Source: a virus
Taxonomy: Duplodnaviria; Caudoviricetes
Virus record (IMG/VR): IMGVR_UViG_3300048930_001334
Location: 1 to 57,759 of that record
Length of the DNA: 57,759 bases
Reading direction: 5' to 3' (one strand)
The notes beneath the pieces were generated by a model, which saw only the letters and a list, made by a program, of their open reading frames with translations, was not told the origin of the DNA and did no database searches. A program made the translations under genes and the position numbers. Below, piece by piece: positions 19,904 to 29,413 of this stretch. Within the stretch, counting starts at the first letter, position 1. Each line of letters starts with the position of its first letter.

Positions 19904-21519
19904 CAGACTTGAGCCAGTTCGGCCATGGTGTTGGCGACGGCAATGCCTTGCACGGCGCCGGTGGTTTCGACTTCAAAACTCCAGTCCAGGGCCGTGAAGC
20001 CGGCCGGCAGAAAGAACGGCGAGCGGCTGGTTACGGTCTGGGTGTGCTTGAGCACGCCATCGGCGTAGAACTTGGCCGTCACCGGGTAGGCGTCTGCCAC
20101 CACCTCGGCGCAGGCGAAGTTCGTGGGCGCCGGTGCCCGGAAGGTCTTGGACTTGGCGCGTGCGCCCATGAACGTGGTCCCAGCGTCCCAGCGCTGCACG
20201 CTGGTGCCCGAGAGCACGTAGAGCTGGTCCTGCAGCTCGTCAAAGTGCATGGACTCGTAGCCGGTGTCCAGAAAGTACAGCCCGGTCGGGTTGGACGGGT
20301 CGATCATGAAGCCCTTGCGACCGCTGCCGTCGTCGTAGCTTCCGAAGTACAGACCCTCGTACATGCGGCCGGTGATCGTCTCCGGCTTGAGTGCCCGCCA
20401 GTCCTCGCGGGTCATCACGCCAGCGGTCAGGACGCGCGGGCCGGTGGACGGTCCCCACCAGCACAGGCCGTCGTTGCTGGCCCAGGCCACGCCGGCACCC
20501 ATGCTGGCCACCGACTGCGGCGCGACACAGGCTTGGCTGAACTCCAGTGGCTGCTGGTCCATGCTGTCCGGGCTGGTGCCCGACATGAGCATGGGGCGAC
20601 CGTTGGTCAACACCAGCAGGTACTGCCCGGCAACACCCAGCGCCACCGGCTGAGAATCCGGCGGGATAGCCTCGTACTGCAGCGGCCAGGCGTATGGCAC
20701 GTAGGGCTCACTGAACCGAACACCGCCGCCGCTGATGCCGGCGGCCATTCCGTTCCACAGCGCGGTCAGGTGGCTCAGGTCGTCCGGTGCCGGTATCCAG
20801 GTGGTGGTGGGCAGAACCTCACCCAAGGTCCGGTTGTCGTCCTGCGTCGTCAGTGCCCCGTAGGCGATCTCGCGCAGGAAAAAGAACTCGGTCGCTCCGC
20901 TCGTGCCGGTCTGGGTCCGGTAGATGCGGATGCGGTCAATGCCGTAGTTGCCGGCCGGTGCAGCGGCGAAAGCCGAGAGCGTGGTGGTTGCATCGCTCTC
21001 ACGGTCCAGCTGCGCGCTCACCGGTGCAGGCCCGCTCTCCCACCCCCAATCGTTCACGAACGTGTAGGTGTAGAAGTAGGTCACAGTGTCACCGGTCCAG
21101 GCGCCCGAATCCTTCACCGCGGTCAAGGCCGTGGCCGGTGCCGGCAGGCCCATCGGGCGGCCGGTGGTCGGGTACGGCGCAGAGGCCAGGCCCATGACGT
21201 TGTTCGTCACCTTGGGTGTGCCGTCGCCGGTGTAGAAGGTCTGTTCGGTCGTGTCGTCACTGGAGAAGCCGCGGATGGCGTGCACCACACCCGGCCAGGA
21301 CAGCCAGTAGTTGGCATCGCTGGCCACGTCCCGGCCCATGCGGTAGATCGTCTGTCGGCCGGCGGGAACCGTTGCCACCGTCAGCGGGGTGCGCCACGGG
21401 CGCAGATCGCCACGCCCCGGCTTCTGGTTGCGCGAGAGCGTTCCCACGGCATCGCCCAGCAGCATCGGGTGCAGCGCGCGGTTCTCACCCGAGAACCCGG
21501 ACCAGCGGATCACGGCCAT
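19903..21519 (-). CDS. Putative tail nozzle/tubular protein (podovirus)
   Basis: 538 aa, beta-rich, YTYTFVNDWGWESGPAP and RFSEPYVPYAWP motifs; directly upstream of the fibre gene. Confidence 0.65.
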   Translation of the reverse strand: MAVIRWSGFSGENRALHPMLLGDAVGTLSRNQKPGRGDLRPWRTPLTVATVPAGRQTIYRMGRDVASDANYWLSWPGVVHAIRGFSSDDTTEQTFYTGDGTPKVTNNVMGLASAPYPTTGRPMGLPAPATALTAVKDSGAWTGDTVTYFYTYTFVNDWGWESGPAPVSAQLDRESDATTTLSAFAAAPAGNYGIDRIRIYRTQTGTSGATEFFFLREIAYGALTTQDDNRTLGEVLPTTTWIPAPDDLSHLTALWNGMAAGISGGGVRFSEPYVPYAWPLQYEAIPPDSQPVALGVAGQYLLVLTNGRPMLMSGTSPDSMDQQPLEFSQACVAPQSVASMGAGVAWASNDGLCWWGPSTGPRVLTAGVMTREDWRALKPETITGRMYEGLYFGSYDDGSGRKGFMIDPSNPTGLYFLDTGYESMHFDELQDQLYVLSGTSVQRWDAGTTFMGARAKSKTFRAPAPTNFACAEVVADAYPVTAKFYADGVLKHTQTVTSRSPFFLPAGFTALDWSFEVETTGAVQGIAVANTMAELAQV

Positions 21520-21522
21520 GTG

Positions 21523-21990
21523 TCAGTTCTCCGTGTTGGTCAGCTTCACCGCGGCGTCGTACCGAGCTTGGCACTCGGCAAGCTGTACGCGGAGCCGGTC
21601 GGCTCTGGCAGATTCCCCGACAAGAAACTCTCCATCCGGTCGGTAAAGCTGGGCTCCGGTGCAGGCCACTGGACCGGCGGCAGGCGCGGGCACTGCACCA
21701 CCGGCTGGGCGGGCTGGACGGTCCCGCAGGCTGCGAGAAAGGCGGTCAACAGTAGCGGCAAGAGTTTGCTTTTCATGGTCGGCCCTCTGGGTGATGGTCT
21801 GGATCTCGGTGGTGTGCGTGCGCTCGGCGGCGCGGCGGCTGGCTTCGGCCAGTCGGACGGCCTCGGCGTACTGCTCGCGGGTTTCGGCCAGTTCGACGCG
21901 GACGGCCTGCAGCCGGTTGTGCGTGGTGCAGTTGGTCAGCACCGATCCCAGCAGGGCGATGCACAGGGTGTAGGTCAGCAGCTTGGTCAT
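21523..21990 (-). CDS. Rz-like inner-membrane spanin
   Basis: N-terminal hydrophobic helix then coiled coil; follows the endolysin. Confidence 0.8.
   Translation of the reverse strand: MTKLLTYTLCIALLGSVLTNCTTHNRLQAVRVELAETREQYAEAVRLAEASRRAAERTHTTEIQTITQRADHEKQTLAATVDRLSRSLRDRPARPAGGAVPAPAAGPVACTGAQLYRPDGEFLVGESARADRLRVQLAECQARYDAAVKLTNTEN
21546..21776 (-). CDS. Rz1-like outer-membrane lipoprotein spanin embedded in Rz
   Basis: Signal peptide with lipobox FLAAC and Pro-rich mature part; entirely inside Rz in another frame. Confidence 0.8.
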   Translation of the reverse strand: MKSKLLPLLLTAFLAACGTVQPAQPVVQCPRLPPVQWPAPEPSFTDRMESFLSGNLPEPTGSAYSLPSAKLGTTPR

Positions 21991-22631
21991 GCGAACACCG
22001 CCATTCCTTGGTGGTACAGGGCCACGCGCTTGTCCAGCCCGTTCAGGCCCCCATTGACGAGCTTGGTCATGGACTCCACATCGCCACGGTCAGCCGCAGC
22101 GTTCAGGCCGTGCGACTCCCAGAACCAGCCGGCGGACAGCGCGGCGTTGACGGGCAGCAGCAGGCGGTCGGGGTTGGTGATGAAGTCCTCACCCAGGGCG
22201 ACACCGCACCGGCGGTAGTTGTCCCGGCCGGTCAACTGCTTGAGGCCGCGGCCTCGGTAGAGCCAGCCATCGCCAGGCAGGGTGTTGCCCAGGTTCTCCA
22301 GGCCCCACTTTCCGCCGTAGATCAGGTTGGCGATGGCCTCCTGGTTTGCCTTCTGGTACGGAGTTCGGCCGACCTTGCGCGCGTCGGCCTCGCTGATGCG
22401 GTAGCGCTTGAACTCGCTCAACAGGGCCTCCACGCTGTAGTTCAGGCTCTCGGTCAGGCGCGTGAAGCCGGCGGACTCGTGCCCGATCTGCGACATGAAG
22501 CCGGCGATGCGGCGCGGCGTCGTGATGTCGAACGCCTTGCACGTCCCCTGCAGGAACGGAAGGAACTTCTCGGCCTCGGCCGCGCGGGCGCCGGAAGCCT
22601 TGACGATCTGGGCGACGGTCAGCGGGATCAT
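21987..22631 (-). CDS. Endolysin, glycoside hydrolase family 19
   Basis: QIGHESAGF...ESLNYS...DGWLYRGRGLKQLTGRDNY...TKLVNGGLNGL. Confidence 0.92.
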   Translation of the reverse strand: MIPLTVAQIVKASGARAAEAEKFLPFLQGTCKAFDITTPRRIAGFMSQIGHESAGFTRLTESLNYSVEALLSEFKRYRISEADARKVGRTPYQKANQEAIANLIYGGKWGLENLGNTLPGDGWLYRGRGLKQLTGRDNYRRCGVALGEDFITNPDRLLLPVNAALSAGWFWESHGLNAAADRGDVESMTKLVNGGLNGLDKRVALYHQGMAVFA

Positions 22632-22633
22632 GG

Positions 22634-22870
22634 TCAGGCCCCGGAAGCAGGGAGATCCTGCTTGACCACCCGCGCGCCCATTCCGGCCAGGAACACCAGC
22701 AGCGCCGTGATGGCAACCAGCTGGTCCGGCTGCACACCGAACAGGGTCAGCAGTGCGGATCGCTGCTCATCGGTCAGCACCATCCAGGCGGCCATGGCCG
22801 ATGCCCCCAGCCCCTGCACCCACATGACGGCGAAGCGGTACGCCTGCTTGTAGTTGTCGATCAACTTCAT
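22634..22870 (-). CDS. Putative holin/antiholin (2 TM)
   Basis: 78 aa with two hydrophobic segments, immediately upstream of the endolysin. Confidence 0.65.
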   Translation of the reverse strand: MKLIDNYKQAYRFAVMWVQGLGASAMAAWMVLTDEQRSALLTLFGVQPDQLVAITALLVFLAGMGARVVKQDLPASGA

Positions 22871-23124
22871 TGGGACACCTCCGGGTGGTCAGGTTTGGTC
22901 TTCATCAGCCACATGCGGCGCTCGTGCTCGCGCTTCTCGCGGCGGTCGCGCTGCCACTGGAACCACACGTTCACCAGAAGACTGGCTGCTGCCAGCATCA
23001 AGCCGAACAGGGCCACATAGCCGTTATCCGCCAACCAGGCAACGACGGATGTCAGCCCTCCGACCTTCGTTGCTTGCCCGGTGATGGCAATTGCGGTTGC
23101 TTCTGCTGCTGCATGGTCTTTCAT
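22867..23124 (-). CDS. Putative holin
   Basis: 85 aa, hydrophobic core then a strongly charged C-terminus (QRDRREKREHERR); lysis cassette position. Confidence 0.7.
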   Translation of the reverse strand: MKDHAAAEATAIAITGQATKVGGLTSVVAWLADNGYVALFGLMLAAASLLVNVWFQWQRDRREKREHERRMWLMKTKPDHPEVSQ

Positions 23125-23127
23125 CGG

Positions 23128-23604
23128 TCAGGCTTTCGTGCTGATGCAGTTGTGGATCTCTCGCGTGGCCATCAGCCAGCGGCGGATGTCGCAGGGGGAC
23201 GGTGGGGCATCGCTCAGCATCCACGGCGTATCGACACCGCAGGCCAGCATGTCTTCGTTGACCATCTCGCTGCAGATCTTCCCGGCCGCGTTCCTGGTGC
23301 TCTTTCCGATCAGGTGGTAAAGCGCGCGCAGGGAGAACAGCAGGTAGTCCACGAACCCGTAGTGGCTGTTGTCGGTGGTCAGTCGATGTTCCTGGTACTC
23401 GCGCGTGACCTCTGGGAAGTCCCACAGCTCCACGGTCGCATCGGCGTAGTGCGGCCACTCGCGGCGGCGGCGCAGCAGGTTCATGTCGTAGATCAGGCCG
23501 GCGCCCTCGTCCACCCAGGCGACGTGATAGGCGTGGCATCCGGTGAAGAAATAGGTCAGCTTGCCGCTGAACTTCTCCGGGTTGGAAATGACGGCCAGCA
23601 GCAT
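23128..23604 (-). CDS. Putative permuted papain-like (NlpC/P60) enzyme
   Basis: His (AYHVAW) precedes Cys (KICSEMV), with YGFVDY and SPCD; permuted NlpC/P60 order. Confidence 0.55.
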   Translation of the reverse strand: MLLAVISNPEKFSGKLTYFFTGCHAYHVAWVDEGAGLIYDMNLLRRRREWPHYADATVELWDFPEVTREYQEHRLTTDNSHYGFVDYLLFSLRALYHLIGKSTRNAAGKICSEMVNEDMLACGVDTPWMLSDAPPSPCDIRRWLMATREIHNCISTKA

Positions 23605-23605
23605 G

Positions 23606-23836
23606 TCAGAGCACTCCCATGAAGATGAGCAGGGCGAGCGAGCCGGTCAGGCCGCCCGCGGCGGTGGCCGCAAAGTCGAGTTCGTCCGCCGTGCCGGCAC
23701 CGGTGGCGTCGTAGATCTCCTTGGCCGCGCCAGCGACGACAGCGGCGACAAGGCCGGCGGCCGGGTTCGTCAGGATGCCGACCAGCAGTGCCAGCACCAG
23801 ACCGGCCCAGAAGTGGAGCTTCTTGTCGGCCGGCAT
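23606..23836 (-). CDS. Small membrane protein (DKKLHF...AKEIYD...DFAAT pattern)
   Basis: ATG 23836 overlaps the upstream stop; three hydrophobic segments. Confidence 0.65.
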   Translation of the reverse strand: MPADKKLHFWAGLVLALLVGILTNPAAGLVAAVVAGAAKEIYDATGAGTADELDFAATAAGGLTGSLALLIFMGVL

Positions 23837-24147
23837 CAGGACTTCTCCTTGACCTTGATCGTGATCTCGTGCTCGCGCCGCTCGCCGCTGGTGGTGTTGA
23901 TCCACATGGTCAGCAGGTAGCTCTGGCCGTCCGTGCCGCCCGAAACCAGCACACGGAAGACAGAAGTGGCCGGGTCGAACACCTGGGAATCGACCGTAAT
24001 GCCGGTTGGCACGGTGTCGAGTTCGATGGGGTCAAACGCGCGGGCCGTGTCACCCAGCTCGGACAGCAGGTCAGAGAAAGAGACGGGCACCCAGATCGTT
24101 TCGCGGGGTTGCTTGGGGAATTGGTTGGTTATGACGGGATCGCTCAC
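23836..24147 (-). CDS. Putative fibre-to-virion adaptor protein
   Basis: Probable GTG start overlapping the upstream TGA; FPKQPRE...VSGGTDGQSY...TTSGERRE, beta-rich. Confidence 0.55.
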   Translation of the reverse strand: MSDPVITNQFPKQPRETIWVPVSFSDLLSELGDTARAFDPIELDTVPTGITVDSQVFDPATSVFRVLVSGGTDGQSYLLTMWINTTSGERREHEITIKVKEKS

Positions 24148-25019
24148 ATCAGGCTCCATTGGGATTGGCGCGCATCGCTGGGCGCAACAGACAGGTAGGT
24201 GGTGGCATCGGCCACCGACAGATAGCGCACGCCTTGCACCACAGATAGGTATGTGGACGGGTCGGCAATCGACAGCAGCGGCGTGACGGGCTCTTGGTAG
24301 ACGCCATCAACCGACCACGCCCCCGACAGCGTGGCCTTGGCCAGAGCCGTGACGGACCACGAGCCAATGAGCGAAGGGCCGGCCACGCTGTTGCGCACCT
24401 GCCAGCCACCGGGCAGCGCGGCAGCAGCCGATGCGCGGACAGACCACGCACCACCGACCGATGCGGCCGACAGGTTGCGCACCGACCACCCGCCGGCCAG
24501 CAGCGCAGACGCCGACCCGGCAGACTGGACGGACCATGCGCCGCTGAACGTGGCCCCGGCCAGCGACCGGACAGACCACGATCCGGCCAGCGAGCGCGCG
24601 GCGGCATTGCGAACGCTCCAGGCCCCTGCCAGGGTGGAAGATGCGGAACCTGCGGCCAGCACGCTCCAAGAACCCGGCAGCGCCGATGCTGCGGTGTTGC
24701 GAACAGCCCAGGCGCCCGCCAGTTCCGCGGCAGACTGATTGCGCACGCTCCACGCACCGGCCACCGACGACAGCGCCAAGCCACGCACCGACCATGCGCC
24801 AGCCAATGCAGAGGATGCAGACGTGCGGACGGACGACGCTCCGGCCAGGGATGCACCGGCCAGGTTGCGGGATGACCACGCGCCCGATAGGCTGGATGAG
24901 ACGATTGCCGGCCCGCCGCCCGTGCTGGTCGTGTCCAGCACATAGCCAACACCCGGCACCAGCGCCTGACGCTGGCCCGTGCCGACAAAGTACGCGCCGG
25001 GTAACTGGTATTGCGCCAT
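24144..25019 (-). CDS. Repeat-rich putative fibre protein
   Basis: 291 aa with 14 tandem ~15-aa (L/V)xG(A/S/G)WSV(R) repeats. Confidence 0.7.
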   Translation of the reverse strand: MAQYQLPGAYFVGTGQRQALVPGVGYVLDTTSTGGGPAIVSSSLSGAWSSRNLAGASLAGASSVRTSASSALAGAWSVRGLALSSVAGAWSVRNQSAAELAGAWAVRNTAASALPGSWSVLAAGSASSTLAGAWSVRNAAARSLAGSWSVRSLAGATFSGAWSVQSAGSASALLAGGWSVRNLSAASVGGAWSVRASAAAALPGGWQVRNSVAGPSLIGSWSVTALAKATLSGAWSVDGVYQEPVTPLLSIADPSTYLSVVQGVRYLSVADATTYLSVAPSDARQSQWSLM

Positions 25020-26353
25020 CAGCTCACCTCAGCCTTCGGGCAGACGTAAACGGTGGTCGATGGCTTGCCAAGGCGGACGGCAATGCTCAAGAATCCGACC
25101 TCTTGAGGCGTGAACGTGACCGACAGCTTTTGCTTGACCGGAGAGGAAATGCCGGTCGTCGTCCACGTTGCCGAGCTGCTGGCGTGGTTCGTCGGTGCGG
25201 CCAGGATCGTGGCCACCTTGTTGCTGGCCGTCAGCCCGAGCGGGAAGCCGTTGGTGCCCAGGTAATCGACGTTCAGCCAGCAATCGTTGTCGGTCAGTGT
25301 CACGCCATCGGTCAGCACCTCCACCGTCACGGTCACAGGTGATCCGATGGTTTCATTCCACACCACAATCGGGTCGGCCCGCAGCGGCACGTTCAGGCTG
25401 TTCGCGTCAGCGTTTGACGCCATGCGCCACGCAATCGGAGTGGTGCCATCGCTGGCCCCTCCACTGCGCACAATGGTCGTCTCATCTCGGATGGACCCGG
25501 CGTAGTCTTCAATCCACAGCCGGTAATTCGTGTCCGCGTTGTCGCAGTTGTAAATGCTCACCCGCTGGCCGCTGAATCGCGTGCCGCTGAATAGAGAGCC
25601 GGTCCACCCGCTAGGCAACTTGCAGTTGCTCAGTCTGGTAATCATGGACGCCGTGCTGGATGACACAAGGTTTGACTCCGCGCCAACGCCGGACAAGTCC
25701 ATGCCGTCGATCTCGGCATAGGTGTTTCGCCCGCTGGCTGATGTCTGGAAAACACCAGTTGTGTAGCTTGTAGGTCCTGAAACAGAACCGCCAGAGATCG
25801 TGACGCGGCCACCGATGCCAATTCCATGCGTGGCTTGATTGCCTAAAACAAAAGTGCAATCCGTCGCCGACACACGAGAGGCCGCAGAAAAGTTTGCTGA
25901 CTGGAAAAATACGCGGCTCGCGCTGCCGGTGTTGTTCAGCGTGAACGTACAGCCACGGAACTCCGAAGCCTGAGCACCAGAGCCGGAAGCCAGCGTGATT
26001 GATCCGGTTGAGTTGGTCCCAGTTCCTGCTGAAAAGGCCATCCCATCAACATAGCCAAACGGGCCTATCAGCCAGTTTGCAGATGCGGTCAATGCCTCAG
26101 CCCCACCGGACGCCGTGGTCGTTGGTGGAGCTGCCGAATCGTTGACAGAAATAACTTTGAGCGGATTGCTGGCCGTGCCGGGGAATGTCAGCGTTTGCGA
26201 TGCAAGCCCGCTTGCACTGTGCGCTGAACTTACGTAGATGTTGTCCCCCGCTGCCGATCCAGTCACAGCCGTGGCAAGCGTCGTTGCAGCCTTCGCCCAT
26301 GTGTCATAGGGCGATGTGTTGCTGCCGGTGTTCTTGACGTATCGGTCAGCCAT
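25019..26353 (-). CDS. Putative beta-helix spike/appendage protein
   Basis: 444 aa, Ser/Thr/Gly/Asn-rich; N-terminal YVK..GSNTSPYDTWAKAATTL...GDNIYV typical of beta-helix starts. Confidence 0.55.
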   Translation of the reverse strand: MADRYVKNTGSNTSPYDTWAKAATTLATAVTGSAAGDNIYVSSAHSASGLASQTLTFPGTASNPLKVISVNDSAAPPTTTASGGAEALTASANWLIGPFGYVDGMAFSAGTGTNSTGSITLASGSGAQASEFRGCTFTLNNTGSASRVFFQSANFSAASRVSATDCTFVLGNQATHGIGIGGRVTISGGSVSGPTSYTTGVFQTSASGRNTYAEIDGMDLSGVGAESNLVSSSTASMITRLSNCKLPSGWTGSLFSGTRFSGQRVSIYNCDNADTNYRLWIEDYAGSIRDETTIVRSGGASDGTTPIAWRMASNADANSLNVPLRADPIVVWNETIGSPVTVTVEVLTDGVTLTDNDCWLNVDYLGTNGFPLGLTASNKVATILAAPTNHASSSATWTTTGISSPVKQKLSVTFTPQEVGFLSIAVRLGKPSTTVYVCPKAEVS

Positions 26354-26825
26354 TTCCAGCAGCCCTCACAGCGTCTGCCTGCTCGGCAGTCAGGATGCCG
26401 ATGGCTTCGTAGAGAGCGATCTGCTGTAGCACCTCCGGCCGGTACGGGCGCTCGATGTACTTGGCGACCTTGAAGTCTTCCATGCCAGACCGGATTTCAT
26501 CTTTCTGCTCTGCCGTCAGCAGCGGACTGCTTTCGTACTTTGCATTGAATGCGTCCACTGCCTTTTTAGCAGTGCCGAACAGGTTGCGGAAGTCCAGAAT
26601 GGACAGCGGAATCAGCGACCCGACAACCAGTGCACGGGCGGCTGCTCGGGCTGTGTACTGCTGGTTCAGCATGGCAACCCGTTCATCCAGCACCATCTGT
26701 GCGTCCTGCTCGCCCAGCCACTCATACTTCAGCTCGTCGCCCTCGTCCGTGACGTGAACCTCTCGCACCCAGCGTCGGCCATCTGCCTGCGGCGGCCCTT
26801 CGGTGTAGCTGCTGCTGACGATCAT
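26346..26825 (-). CDS. Hypothetical virion-associated protein
   Basis: ATG 26825 with GAGGTG upstream; fills the gap between neighbours. Confidence 0.65.
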   Translation of the reverse strand: MIVSSSYTEGPPQADGRRWVREVHVTDEGDELKYEWLGEQDAQMVLDERVAMLNQQYTARAAARALVVGSLIPLSILDFRNLFGTAKKAVDAFNAKYESSPLLTAEQKDEIRSGMEDFKVAKYIERPYRPEVLQQIALYEAIGILTAEQADAVRAAGNG

Positions 26826-26833
26826 GGTGCACC

Positions 26834-27337
26834 TCAGACGGTTTCGCAGTCGAAGCCAAGCGACCAGGTGTCGTTGGCCGAGTTCCCTGCACCGGCCGAC
26901 ACCGTTCGGCGCAGCCATACGGATTTGTGCTGACCTGCGGGGATGTCGCCGAGGGCAAGGCCCGCGGCGGCAGACGCCGGGGCGCTGAAACTCACGCCGC
27001 TGGGGGCCGTCGTTTCGCTGGCCACGGTCTGCTCCGTGCCGTTGACGGCGGCCGTGCCAACACCGATTTCCAGAGTGGTCCCTGCGAGCGGGGTGTTTGC
27101 AGATACCCACACACGGGCCGCCGTCATCGTGTCGGAGCCGTTCGCGTTGTGCAGGTAGATGCACCGGTACTCGACTCGACCGGCCAGGGCTTCGGCGGCG
27201 CTCACAGCGTCAAACAGCGCATCCACACCGGTGGACACGGCGGTGGAGCTTTTCGCTCCGCCCAGCGATGCGTTGGCGTTGCTGTTTGCGGAGCCGCCCG
27301 ACAGGCGGAACGCGAAGTCGTTGGAGATGATGGACAT
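26834..27337 (-). CDS. Putative virion structural protein
   Basis: 167 aa beta-rich (SLGG...LFD.VS..E...EYRCIY...VWLRRTV); AGGAG SD. Confidence 0.65.
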   Translation of the reverse strand: MSIISNDFAFRLSGGSANSNANASLGGAKSSTAVSTGVDALFDAVSAAEALAGRVEYRCIYLHNANGSDTMTAARVWVSANTPLAGTTLEIGVGTAAVNGTEQTVASETTAPSGVSFSAPASAAAGLALGDIPAGQHKSVWLRRTVSAGAGNSANDTWSLGFDCETV

Positions 27338-27358
27338 GGTTGTGCGCTCCTATGGGGG

Positions 27359-28012
27359 TCAGTCCTTGGGGGAAACAGCGGCCGTGCCAGCAACCTCGTC
27401 GCCGAGATCGGCGTCACAGAGTTGCTTGAAGCCGGTGGCCAGCGTTGGGTTGGCCAGCTCGGTCTGCTTGCTGTAGCAGCGGAACATCACGTAGTTGCGC
27501 AGCGCGTTGGCGAACAGGTCGGACAGACTCAGGTTGCCGGTGATGTCGTCGGTGGTGGTGCCCAGCGCAGGGACCGTGATGTCCACGGTCTGAGCGGCGT
27601 ACTTGAGCGACACGTTGGCGCCGACCAATGCAGGCGGGTACACATCGAAGCTGCGCGGCTCGCGCTCGTCGTACATGAAGTGCAGGATCTCGACCTTGCC
27701 GGTCAGGCCGCGCCAGCCGGCGAGCTGGGCGTCCAGCAGCGCAGACGCCACGCGCGAGATCGCCCGCTTGTTGCCGGTCGTGTTGTGCGACACGTCGATC
27801 AGCTTCTCGCCGCCGGCCGGCAGAGTCTGGGCAGCGCCAGCCACCAGCGCGTGCTCCACTGTCAGGTGGCTCGCATCGGGGCGCTTGGTGATGATGTAGC
27901 GCTGTCCGTCGTTGAAGTACCGCGCGAGGTCTTGCGTTGTCCAGCGGATGCTGGTGGTGTCGTTCAGATCGCGGGCGACCTGTTCGAGTATGGATTTCGC
28001 GGTGAGTGCCAT
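27359..28012 (-). CDS. Head-tail adaptor / tail tubular protein
   Basis: RDLNDTTSIRWTTQDLARYFNDGQ...FDVYPP...ALRNYVMFRCYSKQ; start at ATG 28012. Confidence 0.65.
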   Translation of the reverse strand: MALTAKSILEQVARDLNDTTSIRWTTQDLARYFNDGQRYIITKRPDASHLTVEHALVAGAAQTLPAGGEKLIDVSHNTTGNKRAISRVASALLDAQLAGWRGLTGKVEILHFMYDEREPRSFDVYPPALVGANVSLKYAAQTVDITVPALGTTTDDITGNLSLSDLFANALRNYVMFRCYSKQTELANPTLATGFKQLCDADLGDEVAGTAAVSPKD

Positions 28013-28051
28013 TGATAAGCCTCGCAAGTGCCGGCGGGTGGATTGCGCGGC

Positions 28052-28085
28052 ATGATGCGTGGACTGGCCTCGGAGTCAACGTGTC
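28052..28085 (-). promoter_or_regulatory. Phage-specific (putative late) promoter
   Basis: Minus strand GACACG-TTGACT-CCG, 16-bp spacer, CATCAT. Confidence 0.7.
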
Positions 28086-28698
28086 AGAAAAACGGGGTCG
28101 GCGTGCGCAGTTTTGCGGCAGCAATGCCGCGCGAATATTTGGCCGCAACGATGGCGCGGCGCTGCTCGTATTCAGTCTTTTTGAGTGCGGCAAGCCCATG
28201 GTCCGTGAAGGCTTGCTTCGGGATTCCCATGACCGCGGCTGCGATGCCCTTGGCGATGTCGTCGGCGTGCTCCAGGGCGATGTCGTCATCCAGCCCGGTC
28301 GATGTGCCAAGCGCCGGCATCAGGGCGGCGGTGATGACGACCTGGGCTCCAGCAGCTTCCAACGGATACACCAGCAGCGTCTGGTTGTCGGTCGTGTAGG
28401 CGAACTCGTGCTGCGTGCTGGAGCGCGCCAGGCGGATGCCTTCGAGGCCGGTGGCCAGATGGCGCTCTCGGCCATCGACGGCCACATCCATCGGCCGCAC
28501 GATCTGCATGCCGGTCGGCGGTGCAATGTCGATCTCGTGCGTAGTTCCGTTCGCCAACTCTGGGTCCAGTGTGCGCTGCAGGCACAGCGTCTTTCGGCAC
28601 CAGTCGATGGCGGTCAGGCGTGCGTGGTGCTCCATCACCGGCAGCGGGCAGCCGATGACGTAGGGCATCACGTAGGGTTCAAAGTCACGCCACAGCAT
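28084..28698 (-). CDS. Putative adaptor/head-completion protein
   Basis: Start MLWRDFEPYVMPYVIGCP at 28698; downstream of the capsid genes. Confidence 0.6.
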   Translation of the reverse strand: MLWRDFEPYVMPYVIGCPLPVMEHHARLTAIDWCRKTLCLQRTLDPELANGTTHEIDIAPPTGMQIVRPMDVAVDGRERHLATGLEGIRLARSSTQHEFAYTTDNQTLLVYPLEAAGAQVVITAALMPALGTSTGLDDDIALEHADDIAKGIAAAVMGIPKQAFTDHGLAALKKTEYEQRRAIVAAKYSRGIAAAKLRTPTPFF

Positions 28699-28930
28699 CG
28701 TCGTACTGTCGGTGGGTGATGTAGCGCAGTTGCTCGCGGATCTTCTCGTCCGGCATGTCGGCCAGCGTGCTGCGGGCCAGGCCGCGGCGGTGGGCCAGCG
28801 CGCGCAACGGCTCGCCGGAGAGCTTGTCCGGGTTCTCGCGGTCTGCGGCGGACAACGAAGAAAGCGCGGCCGAAGCCTCGGCCTCGGCACGCGCTTTCTT
28901 GAAGCCGGGTTGTGGGCCTCGCTTGCCCAT
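28685..28930 (-). CDS. Small basic hypothetical protein
   Basis: 81 aa, coupled to neighbours; LSGEPLRALAHRRGL helix-turn pattern. Confidence 0.6.
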   Translation of the reverse strand: MGKRGPQPGFKKARAEAEASAALSSLSAADRENPDKLSGEPLRALAHRRGLARSTLADMPDEKIREQLRYITHRQYDDAVA

Positions 28931-29376
28931 CAGAAGCCCGACTTGGGTGCCAGCGTCATGTACGCCGTGACAACCTGGCCGGCGGCCGGATTGGCGCCAG
29001 CGAACTTGATGCCCCAGCTCCGGTCCTGGGTGTCGGGCGCCACGGCGTTGGCCACCTTGTTGCGGCGCAGGACGCCAGCGGTTGCGGCAGCACCGGTGGC
29101 AATGAACTCGTTGCCCATGGTGCGGGTGCCGAGGTCGCCGTAGTAGCCGGACAGCACACCCACGTCCAGGGTGGCCGAAGCGCCCAGCGCGCCGTTGTCC
29201 ACGATCACGTCGATCACTTCGCAGTTGCGCGGGATGGCGCCCATTTCCACGATGTCGCCAATGGCGGCACCGGTGGGAACGGTGAAGTCGCCTTGCACAA
29301 CGATCAGGCAGGAAGCCTCGGTGGTGTGAGCGGCCGGCTCGCCGGCCGCCACCTGTTTCGATTTGAAGTTTGCCAT
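28930..29376 (-). CDS. Putative capsid decoration/cement protein
   Basis: 148 aa beta-sandwich-like (GDIVEMGAIP...TLDVG) directly after the major capsid gene; AAGGAG SD. Confidence 0.6.
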   Translation of the reverse strand: MANFKSKQVAAGEPAAHTTEASCLIVVQGDFTVPTGAAIGDIVEMGAIPRNCEVIDVIVDNGALGASATLDVGVLSGYYGDLGTRTMGNEFIATGAAATAGVLRRNKVANAVAPDTQDRSWGIKFAGANPAAGQVVTAYMTLAPKSGF

Positions 29377-29413
29377 TGCAGTTTCTCCTTGGAAGGTTCA
29401 GGTGGCGGGGTTA

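Noticed and set aside
25661-25700. TTGACTCCG on the plus strand as a sixth promoter
   Set aside because: Inside a gene, antisense, no -10-like hexamer at 16 bp, and the upstream GACAC is mis-spaced.
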